A DNA stretch of 64,000 bases from Candidatus Kaiserbacteria bacterium RIFCSPHIGHO2_01_FULL_53_31 (GCA_001781095.1 MFKU01000010.1:14254-78253); one strand, 5' to 3'; positions 1 through 9,682 are shown, counted from the stretch's first letter. Notes: generated by a model from the letters alone, not told the origin. Numbers and translations are program-made.

Positions 1-517
1 AATTGTACGGCGACCCGAATGCGATAATATTCCCTTGCTTCAGGAATTCTTTCGTCGCACGGTAACCGCTTCTGCCGAAGTCGAGCGCGTGGTTGTTCGA
101 AAGACTGACCGCAGTGATTCCTATGTGCTGCAAAAAAGGTACGGCGGCAGGATTGAAGGTGAACTGTAATTTAGTATGATCAACCTGGGAGATCGAGGGG
201 TTCGTTGTTATCGTGCCTTCGAGATTTGCTACCGTCGCGTCCGCACTTGTGAACATACTCTCCACCTTTGTCGTGAGCGCATCATATCCAACGGCTTTCG
301 CGCGGACGGCTACCGACCGATCAAGCATGATGTCACCTAAAAAGAGAATCCGAACTGGGATGAGCGCCACCGCGCGCGGTTCATGTATATTCGACAATAC
401 CTGCAGTGTTGGAGCACTAACGATGTCAGGCTTGTACAAATATGTACCCGCGAGCGCGACAACGAAGATCGCGCTAACCGAAATCGGATGCAGCAACCGT
501 TTAAACAAAATACCCAT
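1..517 (-). CDS. CapA/PgsA-family (PGA_cap) metallophosphatase-like protein, partial (3' end outside window)
   Basis: Minus-strand translation from ATG at 517: MGILFKRLLHPISVSAIFVVALAG (TM) ...ILFLGDIMLDR...ANLEGTIT...VSLSNNHALDFG, motifs typical of the CapA family. Open to the window edge. Not in the ORF track because no stop lies in the window. Confidence 0.6.
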   Translation of the reverse strand, partial: MGILFKRLLHPISVSAIFVVALAGTYLYKPDIVSAPTLQVLSNIHEPRAVALIPVRILFLGDIMLDRSVAVRAKAVGYDALTTKVESMFTSADATVANLEGTITTNPSISQVDHTKLQFTFNPAAVPFLQHIGITAVSLSNNHALDFGRSGYRATKEFLKQGNIIAFGSPYN

Positions 518-595
518 ATCGGCACGATACCACGGCGAAGCATTGCTCACGTAAACGGATCATCTGGGCGGTACTGCACCGTTTGCTCGACGCAT

Positions 596-622
596 AAAGC
601 AGAAAACCTGCCGTAAGGCAGG
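596..622 (-). terminator. rho-independent terminator downstream of tRNA-Tyr
   Basis: On the minus strand: CCTGCC-TTAC-GGCAGG hairpin followed by TTTTCTGCTTTAT. Confidence 0.55.
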
Positions 623-636
623 ATTTCTCAACTTTG

Positions 637-720
637 TGCGCCGGGTTGGATTCGAACCAACGTAGCCCAATGGGCGACAGGTTTACAGCCTGTTGTAATT
701 GACCACTCTACCACCGACGC
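637..720 (-). tRNA. tRNA-Tyr (anticodon GUA), type II with long variable arm
   Basis: Manual cloverleaf: acceptor GCGTCGG/CCGGCGC (one G-U pair), discriminator A, D-arm GTAG..TTAC, anticodon stem ACAGG/CCTGT, loop CTGTAAA (GUA), variable arm GCCC-ATT-GGGC, T-arm GTTGG-TTCGAAT-CCAAC. No encoded CCA. Confidence 0.85.
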
Positions 721-747
721 GTGGCTCCACTATAGCGGATTTGAATG

Positions 748-2001
748 TTATTTCAAAACGAGAACGAGGACGCCCTGCTTGCCCTTGCGAATGAGGGCGT
801 GACCGCCCGGCAGGTCGCCCGGGAAGATTTTTTGATCTGGGTTCTCGATCGCGAAGTCGTTCAGGAAAATCCCCCTACCTTCGATGAGTCGTCGCACGTC
901 GCTCTTCGAGCTCGCGAGTCCCCCTTTTACCAATATTTCTGAAAGCGGGCTACCACCCTCGATGTCCTGCTTCGTGAGCTCAATTGACGGAGCTTCCGCG
1001 AGCGCGACAGTACGCGCCTCTGCCGAGAGTCCGCTAAATGGCGTACCGCCAAAGAGTGCGTCAGTTGCCGCGGCCACCTGCGCGGCCGCGGCTGGCCCAT
1101 GTACGATCTCAGTCACGAGGCGCGCAAGGGTCTCTTGCGCCTCGCGTTCGGCTGGAGCGGCCTTATGCTTGTCCATCAACACGGTGATCTCCTCGAGCGG
1201 GAGGAAAGTGTACACCTTCAGATATTTCTCGACGTCCTCGTCGGGCAGATTAATCCAGAATTGATAGAACTGAAATGGCGACGTCTTTTTCGTATCAAGC
1301 CACACGGCATTCCCCTCGCTCTTGCCAAACTTCTTCCCGGTTGAGTCAGTTACCAAAGGCACCGTAAACGCATACGCATCTTTACCGAGCTTTTTTCGAA
1401 TCAAATCCACGCCCGAGAGAATGTTTGTCCACTGGTCAGAAGCACCAACCTGCAAATCGCATCTATACTTCTCGTTCAGCGTCAAAAAATCAAGACCTTG
1501 AAGGAGTGCGTACGTAAATTCTGTATACGAAATGCTGTCGTCAGGATTCTCAAGGCGTTTCTTGATAATCTCGCGCTTGATCAAGTTGTTAACGGTGAAG
1601 TGCTTGCCCACGTCGCGAAGGAACGGGATCAATTTCACTTGTCCGAGCCAATCGGCATTGTCTACCATTTCAAATTTAGTCTCGCCAAGAACGCTCTTCA
1701 ATTGTGCCTTGAGCGCTCGTGTGTTTGCCGCAATAGTTTCTTCGTCGAGCATAGTTCGCTCACCTTTCTCCTTTGGGTCCCCGATCATTCCTGTCGCACC
1801 ACCCACAAGGAAAATAAGCTTATGGCCGACGGCACCAAGCCGCTTCATGAGCAAAATAGGAACCAAATGGCCAACGTGCATCGAATCGGCGGTCGGGTCG
1901 ACACCAACGTAGACGGTCCTGTTCTGCGATAGGATCTGCTCGACCGGTGCCGAGAAATCCTCAACCAATCCACGTGCCTTCAATTCTTCAGCAAGAGTCA
2001 T
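748..2001 (-). CDS. tyrS: tyrosyl-tRNA synthetase
   Basis: Class I HIGH motif (HVGH) and KMSKS-type KFGKS motif; C-terminal S4-like domain; 417 aa. Confidence 0.92.
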   Translation of the reverse strand: MTLAEELKARGLVEDFSAPVEQILSQNRTVYVGVDPTADSMHVGHLVPILLMKRLGAVGHKLIFLVGGATGMIGDPKEKGERTMLDEETIAANTRALKAQLKSVLGETKFEMVDNADWLGQVKLIPFLRDVGKHFTVNNLIKREIIKKRLENPDDSISYTEFTYALLQGLDFLTLNEKYRCDLQVGASDQWTNILSGVDLIRKKLGKDAYAFTVPLVTDSTGKKFGKSEGNAVWLDTKKTSPFQFYQFWINLPDEDVEKYLKVYTFLPLEEITVLMDKHKAAPAEREAQETLARLVTEIVHGPAAAAQVAAATDALFGGTPFSGLSAEARTVALAEAPSIELTKQDIEGGSPLSEILVKGGLASSKSDVRRLIEGRGIFLNDFAIENPDQKIFPGDLPGGHALIRKGKQGVLVLVLK

Positions 2002-2016
2002 AGAGAAACTATACCA

Positions 2017-3825
2017 CTACGAATTGCTCGCTATAAAGCCGCCGGCCTGGATTTCCCACAGCTTCTTATAAAGATTGCCCTCCTGAGCGATCAGCTCCGC
2101 GTGCGTGCCTGAGAGTATCGCATTGCCATTTTCCATAACAACGATGCGATCCATCTTCATGATTGTCGAGAGGCGATGCGCGATGACGATAACCGTTTTC
2201 CCTTCCATGAGTTTCGCGAGCGCATCTTGAATAAGCGCTTCTGATTCAGAGTCGAGGCTGGACGTCGCCTCGTCAAGCACCAAGATGGGAGCATTCTTCA
2301 AGATTGCGCGCGCGATAGCGATGCGCTGACGCTCGCCGCCAGAGAGCTTGACTCCGCGCTCACCGACATAAGTATTGTATCCGTCCTGCAGTGCCGAAAT
2401 GAATTCGTGGCAATGCGCACGCCTTGCCGCTTCGACGATTTCTTCTTCACTCGCGTCGCGTCTCCCATAGAGGATGTTGTCGCGCAGCGTCCGATGGAAG
2501 AGTATCGGTTCCTGGGGCACGAAGGCAATCGTCTCGTGCAAACTCTTTTGACTCACTTCACGAATATCCTGCCCGTCGATCATGACACTGCCCCCGCATG
2601 TGTCGTAGAGGCGCAGTAACAGCTTTGTGACCGTTGATTTCCCTGCTCCCGAGGGACCGACGAACGCGATTTTCTCGCCGCCCGAGATGTCCAGATTAAA
2701 TTGCCTGAGAATTGGGCGGTCCTCCGAGAAGTAGAACGCAACATCGTCGAAACGGATGGCACCCTCTTTGTATACGAGCGGACGCGCGGCCAGACTATCC
2801 TTAATGCCGTACGGCAGCTCCATAATATCGATCATTTCAGACGCATCGGCGAAAGAGTCATACAAGCGTCGTATCGTGTTGCCGATATTCCAAACCTGAT
2901 CAACAAGTCCGATAATGTAGATCTGAATGAGTACGAAATCACCCACGGTTACCACTCCTTGCCGCCAGAGCATGATTCCTATCCCGAGAAGACCGACCTC
3001 AATAATGATACCGAGACCCTGCTGTATCGCCTGAATCATGTTGTTTGCACTCCACGCGCGGGCCGTCGCCAGTCGCCACATATCGACGATCTCTGCAAAA
3101 GTTTTCTTCTCATACGATGCTGCTGCGAAAAGTGACACGGCCGAATGATTGCCGATGACGTCCGAGAGTGCCCCCGTCATCTTGCTGTCCTGCGCGACGC
3201 GTGCGACTCGAAGCGGATGGTGCCAGTTCGTCATCACGATCTGTAGCGCGATAAACACGACAACCCACACGAGCAGTGCGAGCCCGAGCCAATGGCTACG
3301 CGAATACAATACGGTGATGCTCCCGATCGAGAAAAGCAATGTCGGCAGAAAATTGAAGGCGACGCTATCGAACACCTGTTCGTACGACCGCGAGTATCGA
3401 GTTACCCGCCGCGTGAGCGTGCCTGCGAAGTTTGAGAGGAAGAAGTCGTGGCTGTGGCCGATCAAATTACTAAAGGCATTATTCGCCAAATCTGCCATGG
3501 CATGCACCTCAATATGATTAACAGAAACTAACAGTATTCTTCGAGCAATCCAATTAAATATCGCGAGACCCGCATACGTTGCGAGAATAACCAGCGATAC
3601 CTGTACCACATGGTCTGACGGAGTGCTCTTCGAGAGAACATCTATCAACTGCTTGAGATAGAGCGGAATGGTGATACTCACAAACTGCGTGCCGATGACG
3701 CCGATGATCACGAGCGCTAGGGCCCTCGGATAGCACAAAGATGCTGCGGTATACGCCCGCAGTACTGGCATGACGCGTGTTTGCTTCCTTTTTTCTTCAA
3801 ACGGCATAACCTGCCATGATAGCAC
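2017..3825 (-). CDS. ABC transporter, fused permease/ATPase (exporter type)
   Basis: N-terminal six-TM region; Walker A GPSGAGKST, signature LSGGERQRIAIARA, Walker B ILVLDEATS. Confidence 0.88.
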   Translation of the reverse strand: MLSWQVMPFEEKRKQTRVMPVLRAYTAASLCYPRALALVIIGVIGTQFVSITIPLYLKQLIDVLSKSTPSDHVVQVSLVILATYAGLAIFNWIARRILLVSVNHIEVHAMADLANNAFSNLIGHSHDFFLSNFAGTLTRRVTRYSRSYEQVFDSVAFNFLPTLLFSIGSITVLYSRSHWLGLALLVWVVVFIALQIVMTNWHHPLRVARVAQDSKMTGALSDVIGNHSAVSLFAAASYEKKTFAEIVDMWRLATARAWSANNMIQAIQQGLGIIIEVGLLGIGIMLWRQGVVTVGDFVLIQIYIIGLVDQVWNIGNTIRRLYDSFADASEMIDIMELPYGIKDSLAARPLVYKEGAIRFDDVAFYFSEDRPILRQFNLDISGGEKIAFVGPSGAGKSTVTKLLLRLYDTCGGSVMIDGQDIREVSQKSLHETIAFVPQEPILFHRTLRDNILYGRRDASEEEIVEAARRAHCHEFISALQDGYNTYVGERGVKLSGGERQRIAIARAILKNAPILVLDEATSSLDSESEALIQDALAKLMEGKTVIVIAHRLSTIMKMDRIVVMENGNAILSGTHAELIAQEGNLYKKLWEIQAGGFIASNS

Positions 3826-3837
3826 CGGATGAAGAAA

Positions 3838-4359
3838 TCACCGAGCGACGAAGAAAAGACCGATGGCGGGAGCGACGAACCACCAGAAGAAATATTCTTT
3901 GGGCAGGAAGAGCAGATCGATCGCAGGCGAGAACTGATAGATGGAGGAGACCGGAAAGACGTGATACGCGAGCGCAATGATAAAGGCCGCGCCGAGGAAC
4001 GCGAGTACGACGAGACCGAAAATTCCTATATACAGGAAGTCCGAGACGACCACGCGCCGCAGGATGATATAAAACGCGATGACAAGCGCGAGATACAGAC
4101 CTATATTTGCGAAAAGCGCGGTGACAGGAGGTTGCGTAGGCAGAAGCGACGTGTAGGGGAAAGCGACATAGAGCGCGTATGCGGCATAAAAAGCGAGCAA
4201 CACCGCGACGAACGGTCCGCGGCCGATGTACGATGCAAACAGGAGCAACACACCGAGCAAAATGAGGATGATGAGAAAATCACCTGCCATGCCCCACGCT
4301 GAAAGCGCGGTGTTTGTTGCAAGCGTACTCACCTCTGCGAGACTTGTGCTAGCGGGCAT
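3838..4359 (-). CDS. hypothetical polytopic membrane protein
   Basis: 173 aa, about five hydrophobic segments; no recognisable motif. Confidence 0.5.
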   Translation of the reverse strand: MPASTSLAEVSTLATNTALSAWGMAGDFLIILILLGVLLLFASYIGRGPFVAVLLAFYAAYALYVAFPYTSLLPTQPPVTALFANIGLYLALVIAFYIILRRVVVSDFLYIGIFGLVVLAFLGAAFIIALAYHVFPVSSIYQFSPAIDLLFLPKEYFFWWFVAPAIGLFFVAR

Positions 4360-4377
4360 GCCGTCAGTATAACAACT

Positions 4378-5493
4378 TTAAAGCCCTTCGCTCTTTAAGT
4401 CCTCAATTGCTTTGTGCGCCTTACTCGAGAGCTTATGCGGAAGCGCCGCTTCGAGACGGATGATAAGATCGCCCCTCGATTCCGCTCGGGGTGAACCACC
4501 AAGAGGAACGCCCTTGCCGCGTATGCGCAGTAATTCCTCCGCGCGTTTCATCGGAGGGATCTTAACCTCGAGTACCTTCCCTTCCAAAGTCTCAATCGGG
4601 ACCGTGGTGCCGAGGAGCGCATCGGTAAGCTTGACCGGCAGATCCATCATGAGATTTGATTCCTCACGACGGAAGACTGGATGCGGCTTCACGTGCACCT
4701 TCACATAGAGATCTCCAGCGATACCGCCTTTCACCGCCTCGCCCTGCTGCGGGAGACGAATCATCTCGCCGTTGTCTATACCAGCCGGAATGGAGATTTG
4801 AATTTCTTGTTCCTGGCGTCTCACACCGCGGCCTTTGCATCCCTCGCACTTCTCCTTCGGGATCCTGCCGCTGCCCTCGCAGACCGTGCAGGCACGAACG
4901 CTGGTGAATTGTCCAAGGAGCGAGTTGCGCGTCTCATGCACGCGACCGCTGCCCGAGCAGGTAGCGCAGGTCTCGAGATCGGTACCGCGCTTCGCGCCGT
5001 TCCCTCCGCACACTTCACAGACCGAGACCTTCGCGATGAGCACTTTGCGCGCGGTGCCAAACACCGCATCCTTAAATGAGATTTCGACATCGATGGAGAT
5101 ATCACGTCCTCGTGCTACGCCTCGAGGTGTACCCCCGCGAGAGCTGCTAAATATGTCGCCGAAAATATCTCCGAAATCGAATTCCATTCCGCCCTGACCG
5201 AATCCCTGCTGGAATTGGCTGAAATCGAATCCGCCGAATCCTTGTCCTGCTTGCCCCGAGTCTGTCGAGGAACCGTGCCCGCCGGCAAATGCCTGACCAT
5301 ACGTGTCATATTCGCGGCGCTTCTTATCGTCGCTCAAGACGGAATACGCCTCCGTAATCTCCTTAAACTTTGACTCGTCGGTACCGCCTTTGTCGGGATG
5401 GTACTTGTGCGCGAGCTTCCGAAACGCTTTCTTAATATCGTCCTGCGACGCTTTCTTATCGACCCCAAGTACTTTGTAGTAATCTTTTGTCAT
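4378..5493 (-). CDS. dnaJ: chaperone DnaJ
   Basis: J domain with HPD (KYHPDK), Gly-rich linker, four CxxCxGxG zinc-finger repeats. Confidence 0.93.
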   Translation of the reverse strand: MTKDYYKVLGVDKKASQDDIKKAFRKLAHKYHPDKGGTDESKFKEITEAYSVLSDDKKRREYDTYGQAFAGGHGSSTDSGQAGQGFGGFDFSQFQQGFGQGGMEFDFGDIFGDIFSSSRGGTPRGVARGRDISIDVEISFKDAVFGTARKVLIAKVSVCEVCGGNGAKRGTDLETCATCSGSGRVHETRNSLLGQFTSVRACTVCEGSGRIPKEKCEGCKGRGVRRQEQEIQISIPAGIDNGEMIRLPQQGEAVKGGIAGDLYVKVHVKPHPVFRREESNLMMDLPVKLTDALLGTTVPIETLEGKVLEVKIPPMKRAEELLRIRGKGVPLGGSPRAESRGDLIIRLEAALPHKLSSKAHKAIEDLKSEGL

Positions 5494-5533
5494 ATGCGCT
5501 CTATAATACGCCGTCTTAGAATTGTATGCAAAA

Positions 5534-5564
5534 AGCGGCGATGGAGGCTCTCCTCCACCGCCGC
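5534..5564 (-). terminator. strong hairpin/terminator immediately after the small ORF stop
   Basis: AGCGGCGATGGAGG-CTCT-CCTCCACCGCCGCT (13/14 bp stem), followed on the minus strand by CTTTTTGC. Confidence 0.55.
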
Positions 5565-5795
5565 TCAGACCTTATAGCTCACGCCTAACTCAAGCATCCA
5601 GTTGCCCTGCTCGTCACATGGATCGATGCACAGTTCCTTGATCACATGCGTCACGGCACCGTTGCAATACGTTATCGTGAGTTCTCCCTTCTCCAGCTGT
5701 TCGCGTTTGAATTCAAGAAATGCCTCATAGTTTGTCCTTGGCACCTTCTCGCTAAAAACGAGAAATCCAGCGCACCATCCTTCGACCGTGTACAT
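5565..5795 (-). CDS. small Cys-containing hypothetical protein (76 aa) with its own SD
   Basis: ORF between dnaK and dnaJ. mRNA upstream reads GGAAGGGGGCACAAAA-ATG. Four Cys residues. No recognised family. Confidence 0.45.
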   Translation of the reverse strand: MYTVEGWCAGFLVFSEKVPRTNYEAFLEFKREQLEKGELTITYCNGAVTHVIKELCIDPCDEQGNWMLELGVSYKV

Positions 5796-5889
5796 TTTTT
5801 GTGCCCCCTTCCTGCGGCATTCTACTCTTTGGCCAAGATGAGGTCAATCAAAACACCGCGCCCCTCTGGGGCGCGGTGTTTTGAACTAT

Positions 5890-7785
5890 TTAGGGCTTTT
5901 CTTTAAATTCTGCGTCAGTTGGCGCAGCCCCTTCTGGTGGCGGTGAATTGCCAGCATCTTTTTTATCCTCCGTAGCCTTGGCGGAGGAGGACATCATCGC
6001 TTCTCCAATTTTCGAGAGAGTTGTTGAAAGTGCTTCAGTGGCGCTCTTGATAGTTCCCGCGTCTTCGCTATTCTTCGCCGTCTTCAAAGCATCAATCTTG
6101 TCCTGCACTTCTTTCACCAATTCGACGCCGACTTTGTCTCCATTATCCTTGATCGCTTTCTCGGCAGCGTACATCGCTTGGTCAGCGATGTTGCGCACTT
6201 CGACGAGCTCTTTACGTTTCTCGTCGTCTGCGGCATGCGCCTGCGCGTCTGCCTGCATCTTCTCGATGTCGGCCTTCGAGAGGCCGGTGGAGCCCTCGAT
6301 GCGAATGCTCTGCTCCTTGCTTGTGGTCTTCTCCTTCGCCTTCACGGTGAGAATGCCGGACGCATCAACGTCGAAGGTCACTTCGACTTGTGGCATACCG
6401 CGCGGCGCGGGCGGGATACCGTCGAGCATAAATTTGCCGAGTGACTTATTGTCGGCGCTCATCGCGCGCTCGCCCTGCGTGATATGAATCTCCACTGACG
6501 GCTGATTGTCGGCTGCCGTCGAGAAGGTTTGCGAGCGACTAGTCGGGATCGCCGTGTTGCGCTCGACAAGCTTCGTCGCGACGCCGCCCATCGTCTCGAT
6601 GGCGAGCGAGAGCGGGATCACATCGACAAGTAAAATGTCCTTCACATCGCCTTGAAGGATGCCCGCTTGGATCGCTGCACCAATCGCGACTACTTCGTCC
6701 GGGTTCACCGTCATGTTTGGCTTCTTGCCAAAGAACTTTTCGACGGCTGCCTGGATGGCAGGCATGCGCGTCTGGCCGCCGACGAGAATCACTTCTTGAA
6801 TATCTTCCACCTTAAACGGTGACGCTTCCATAGCGCGCTTGCTGATCGCCATCGCACGATCGATAAATTCACTCGACAATTCTTCGAGCTTCGCGCGCGA
6901 CATCTTAATCAACAGGTGCCGGGGACCGGACGCATCACTAGTCAAGAATGGAATATTGATTTCGCTCTCCATAGCGCTCGAGAGCTCGATCTTCGCCTTC
7001 TCTGCCGCCTCGTCGAGACGCTGACGGGCGAGCGCATCGCCGAGCACGTCGATGCCGCTTTCCTTTTTGAATTCAGCCGCGAGCCAGCTGATGATCTTCT
7101 GGTCGATATCCTTCCCGCCCAGGTGCGCGTCGCCGTCGGTACTCTTCACCTCGATAACGTCATCGCCCACTTCAAGCACCGAGATGTCGAAGGTGCCTCC
7201 GCCAAAGTCGAACACGGCGATTTTCTCATCCTTTTTCTTGTTGAAACCGTACGCAAGCGCAGCAGCGGTCGGCTCGTTGATGATGCGCTTTACTTCAAGA
7301 CCCGCGATTTGCCCCGCGGCCTTTGTCGCGCTCCGCTGATCATCGTTAAAGTACGCGGGCACCGTAATCACCGCTTCGGTAATCTTCTCACCGAGCCGCG
7401 CTTCAGCATCGGCCTTTAACTTCCCGAGAATCATCGCAGAGAGCTCTTCGGGGCGGTACCATTTATCATTCATCTTGACCTCGATTCCTCCGTTGTCGGC
7501 CTTGCGCATTTCGAAGGGTACCGACGCTTTATCCTTCTGCACGGCAGACTCGTCGAAAGAATGTCCGATGAAACGCTTGATTTGGAAAATGGTATTCAAG
7601 GGGTTGGTCACCGACTGACGCTTAGCGAGCGTGCCGACGATGCGTTCGCCGTTCTTCCCCACCGCGACGATAGAGGGTGTGGTGCGCGCTCCCTCGGCGT
7701 TCTCGAGAACACGTGGCTCACCACCCTCGACGATCGCCATCGCGCAGTTCGTAGTGCCCAAATCAATACCAAGAATTTTTGCCAT
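5890..7785 (-). CDS. dnaK: chaperone DnaK (Hsp70)
   Basis: MAKILGIDLGTTNCAMAIVEGG..., full Hsp70 ATPase and substrate-binding domains; 631 aa. Confidence 0.95.
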   Translation of the reverse strand: MAKILGIDLGTTNCAMAIVEGGEPRVLENAEGARTTPSIVAVGKNGERIVGTLAKRQSVTNPLNTIFQIKRFIGHSFDESAVQKDKASVPFEMRKADNGGIEVKMNDKWYRPEELSAMILGKLKADAEARLGEKITEAVITVPAYFNDDQRSATKAAGQIAGLEVKRIINEPTAAALAYGFNKKKDEKIAVFDFGGGTFDISVLEVGDDVIEVKSTDGDAHLGGKDIDQKIISWLAAEFKKESGIDVLGDALARQRLDEAAEKAKIELSSAMESEINIPFLTSDASGPRHLLIKMSRAKLEELSSEFIDRAMAISKRAMEASPFKVEDIQEVILVGGQTRMPAIQAAVEKFFGKKPNMTVNPDEVVAIGAAIQAGILQGDVKDILLVDVIPLSLAIETMGGVATKLVERNTAIPTSRSQTFSTAADNQPSVEIHITQGERAMSADNKSLGKFMLDGIPPAPRGMPQVEVTFDVDASGILTVKAKEKTTSKEQSIRIEGSTGLSKADIEKMQADAQAHAADDEKRKELVEVRNIADQAMYAAEKAIKDNGDKVGVELVKEVQDKIDALKTAKNSEDAGTIKSATEALSTTLSKIGEAMMSSSAKATEDKKDAGNSPPPEGAAPTDAEFKEKP

Positions 7786-7834
7786 AATTAAATAGGTTAC
7801 GTAGTAATGATTCTACGGAAATGCAGGGAGGAGT

Positions 7835-7899
7835 GCAAGCAAAACAAAAGAGAGTTGAATTGGCCTAGCGGCCCGAGCGCTCTATTTTGTTTTGCTTGC
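7835..7899. repeat. 20-bp-arm inverted repeat in the grpE-dnaK spacer (candidate operator or RNA stem-loop)
   Basis: GCAAGCAAAACAAAAGAGAG ...33 nt... CTCTATTTTGTTTTGCTTGC (19/20 complementary). Not the canonical CIRCE spacing or sequence. Confidence 0.5.
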
Positions 7900-7907
7900 C
7901 GACGACC

Positions 7908-8450
7908 TTATCCGCCAAAATGTGCAACGCGGACTTTTGCCGGACGTATCACCGAGCCGTTAATGCACCAGCCTTTTTCAAGTACCGCTATGATTTTATT
8001 GTCGTTCTCTGAATCTTGAGTGGCGTCCTGCCCAAACGCTTCGTGCATCGCCGGGTCGAACTGCTCGCCCACCTTCCCCACCTCCTCGAGCCCGAGTGAC
8101 GCGAATGCACTCTCGATCTGCCGCGCGATTGCCGTAAATCCTTCTGGAATCTCTCCATGCTCTTTAGAACGCTCGAGCGCGTCAAACGCCGGTAAGAGAG
8201 TTCCAACAGCCTTCACCTTACCTCTCAATTCCGACGCTTTAGTGTCTCCCTCTATTCGCTTCAAGAGATTCACATAATCCGCCTTGGCCCGCTGCCAGCC
8301 GTCCATATATTCCTGTTTCTCCTTCCGACATGCGCTTAGCTCGTCACGCAATTTTGCGATCTTGTTTCCCTCGAGGGACTCGGGATCTTCGCATCCTTCG
8401 GGTGCCTCAGGATCCTCGACCTCGATTTTTACATAATCTTCCCCATCCAT
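7908..8450 (-). CDS. grpE: nucleotide exchange factor GrpE
   Basis: RAKADYVNLLKRIE and LLPAFDALERS motifs; operon position upstream of dnaK. Confidence 0.85.
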   Translation of the reverse strand: MDGEDYVKIEVEDPEAPEGCEDPESLEGNKIAKLRDELSACRKEKQEYMDGWQRAKADYVNLLKRIEGDTKASELRGKVKAVGTLLPAFDALERSKEHGEIPEGFTAIARQIESAFASLGLEEVGKVGEQFDPAMHEAFGQDATQDSENDNKIIAVLEKGWCINGSVIRPAKVRVAHFGG

Positions 8451-8489
8451 CTCTCCACTATGCCTGAAATTGCGATTTTTTTCAAATGT

Positions 8490-8531
8490 TCAATAAAGAT
8501 ATGCAAGAAATCGCCTAACGGCGATTTCTTG
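8490..8531 (-). terminator. rho-independent terminator after rpsI
   Basis: CAAGAAATCGCC-TAAC-GGCGATTTCTTG (12-bp stem), then CATATCTTTATTG on the minus strand. Confidence 0.6.
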
Positions 8532-8536
8532 TGAGA

Positions 8537-8932
8537 CTAACGTTTGCTCCATTGCTTGCGTTTACGCGCCTTCACGAGGCCCGGTTTCTTTCGTTCCTTG
8601 GCGCGCGGATCGCGCGTGAGGAAGTGCGCAGCCTTTAGCTTCGCACGAGTGCCCGGTTCAGCCTTGATAATCGCGCGAGAGATAGCGTGGCGAAGTGCAT
8701 CCGCTTGTGCCGCGATGCCGCCGCCTTCGACATGTGCGGCCACTGCGTAGTGCTCCGCGCTCTCGGCCATCGCGAGCGCCTCCTCGGCGACCTTCGCGCG
8801 TTCACTGGTCTTAAAATAATCTTTGACGCTCTTGCCGTTGACCATCACCGATGACTTCGACGCGGCAATCATCCGCACGCTCGCGGTAGCGGTCTTGCGG
8901 CGCCCGACTGCGGTAATAAATTTCGTTGCCAT
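8537..8932 (-). CDS. rpsI: 30S ribosomal protein S9
   Basis: C-terminal ...KARKRKQWSKR typical of uS9; 131 aa. Confidence 0.92.
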   Translation of the reverse strand: MATKFITAVGRRKTATASVRMIAASKSSVMVNGKSVKDYFKTSERAKVAEEALAMAESAEHYAVAAHVEGGGIAAQADALRHAISRAIIKAEPGTRAKLKAAHFLTRDPRAKERKKPGLVKARKRKQWSKR

Positions 8933-8935
8933 ATA

Positions 8936-9301
8936 TTATGCGTGCACTATTAAATTCTTCATGCGTGGCGTGCGAAGTTTGTTGCGTGGGATCATTCCAT
9001 CAACCGTCTTCTTCACGACCTCTTCTATTCCCTTCTTCGTGATCATCTCGTCCATGCGGATCGAGCGCTGACCGCCTGGATACCCCGTGTAGTGGAGATA
9101 CACCTTCCCCTCCGTCCGGCGTTTCGGGAGATGCAGTTTGCTCGCGTTCTCGATAACGACCTTCACCGGAAGCGCTTGATTCTTGACGAAGTGCACCGAA
9201 CGCTTCCCGAGAAGCGCGTGCGCCGCCTCGCTCGCCACGCGTCCAAGCGTACGATCAGTCGCATCGATGGTATGAGTTGTCGGTTTCATTAAAGTGCTCA
9301 T
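8936..9301 (-). CDS. rplM: 50S ribosomal protein L13
   Basis: MSTLMKPTTHTIDATDRTLGRVAS... is the uL13 N-terminus. The upstream part of the 247-aa ORF call is a non-coding extension. Confidence 0.88.
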   Translation of the reverse strand: MSTLMKPTTHTIDATDRTLGRVASEAAHALLGKRSVHFVKNQALPVKVVIENASKLHLPKRRTEGKVYLHYTGYPGGQRSIRMDEMITKKGIEEVVKKTVDGMIPRNKLRTPRMKNLIVHA

Positions 9302-9306
9302 AGTAT

Positions 9307-9660
9307 CTACACAAACGCGATATACGCAAGCTTGCGTGCATCGTTCGCGCCGCGCTTCGTGCGCTTCACCACGCGTGTGTACCCGCCCTTCCGATCGGCA
9401 TAGCGCGGACCGATCGTGCCAAAGAGTTTCTTCACCGAGGCCGTGTCGCCGAGCCGCATCTGCGTAAGCCGTCGGCTCGCGAGCGTGTTCTTCTTTGCGT
9501 AGGTCACTAACCGCTCGACGAACGGTCGCAACTCTTTCGCCTTCGCCTCGGTTGTCGAGATGCGCTCGTGCATGACGAGCGAGCGAGCGAGCGAACGCAA
9601 GAGCGCCCGGCGCTGATTCGCCGGCCGACCGAAGACTCTCGCTTTTTTGGTGTATGCCAT
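9307..9660 (-). CDS. rplQ: 50S ribosomal protein L17
   Basis: Internal start MAYTKKARVFGRPANQRRALLRSLA... is the bL17 N-terminus. Confidence 0.9.
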   Translation of the reverse strand: MAYTKKARVFGRPANQRRALLRSLARSLVMHERISTTEAKAKELRPFVERLVTYAKKNTLASRRLTQMRLGDTASVKKLFGTIGPRYADRKGGYTRVVKRTKRGANDARKLAYIAFV

Positions 9661-9682
9661 ACGTGTTCCAACAATCCAATGC

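Noticed and set aside
213-554. Plus-strand 113-aa ORF, and the 68-aa minus ORF at 337-543.
   Set aside because: The minus-strand frame from 517 to the window edge gives a coherent CapA-family protein with TM segment and conserved motifs. These ORFs are its shadow frames.
2002-2016. T-box leaders upstream of tyrS, hisS, leuS or alaS.
   Set aside because: All four synthetase genes are tightly coupled to upstream genes with spacers of 40 nt or less, leaving no room for a T-box.
7786-8536. CIRCE/HrcA operator upstream of grpE or dnaK.
   Set aside because: No TTAGCACTC-N9-GAGTGCTAA match is present. A different long inverted repeat is reported instead.
8936-9679. 247-aa ORF call extending the L13 gene far upstream, through the rplQ region.
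   Set aside because: Only the last 121 aa match uL13. The upstream part overlaps the genuine rplQ in another frame. The true start is MSTLMKPTT at 9301.
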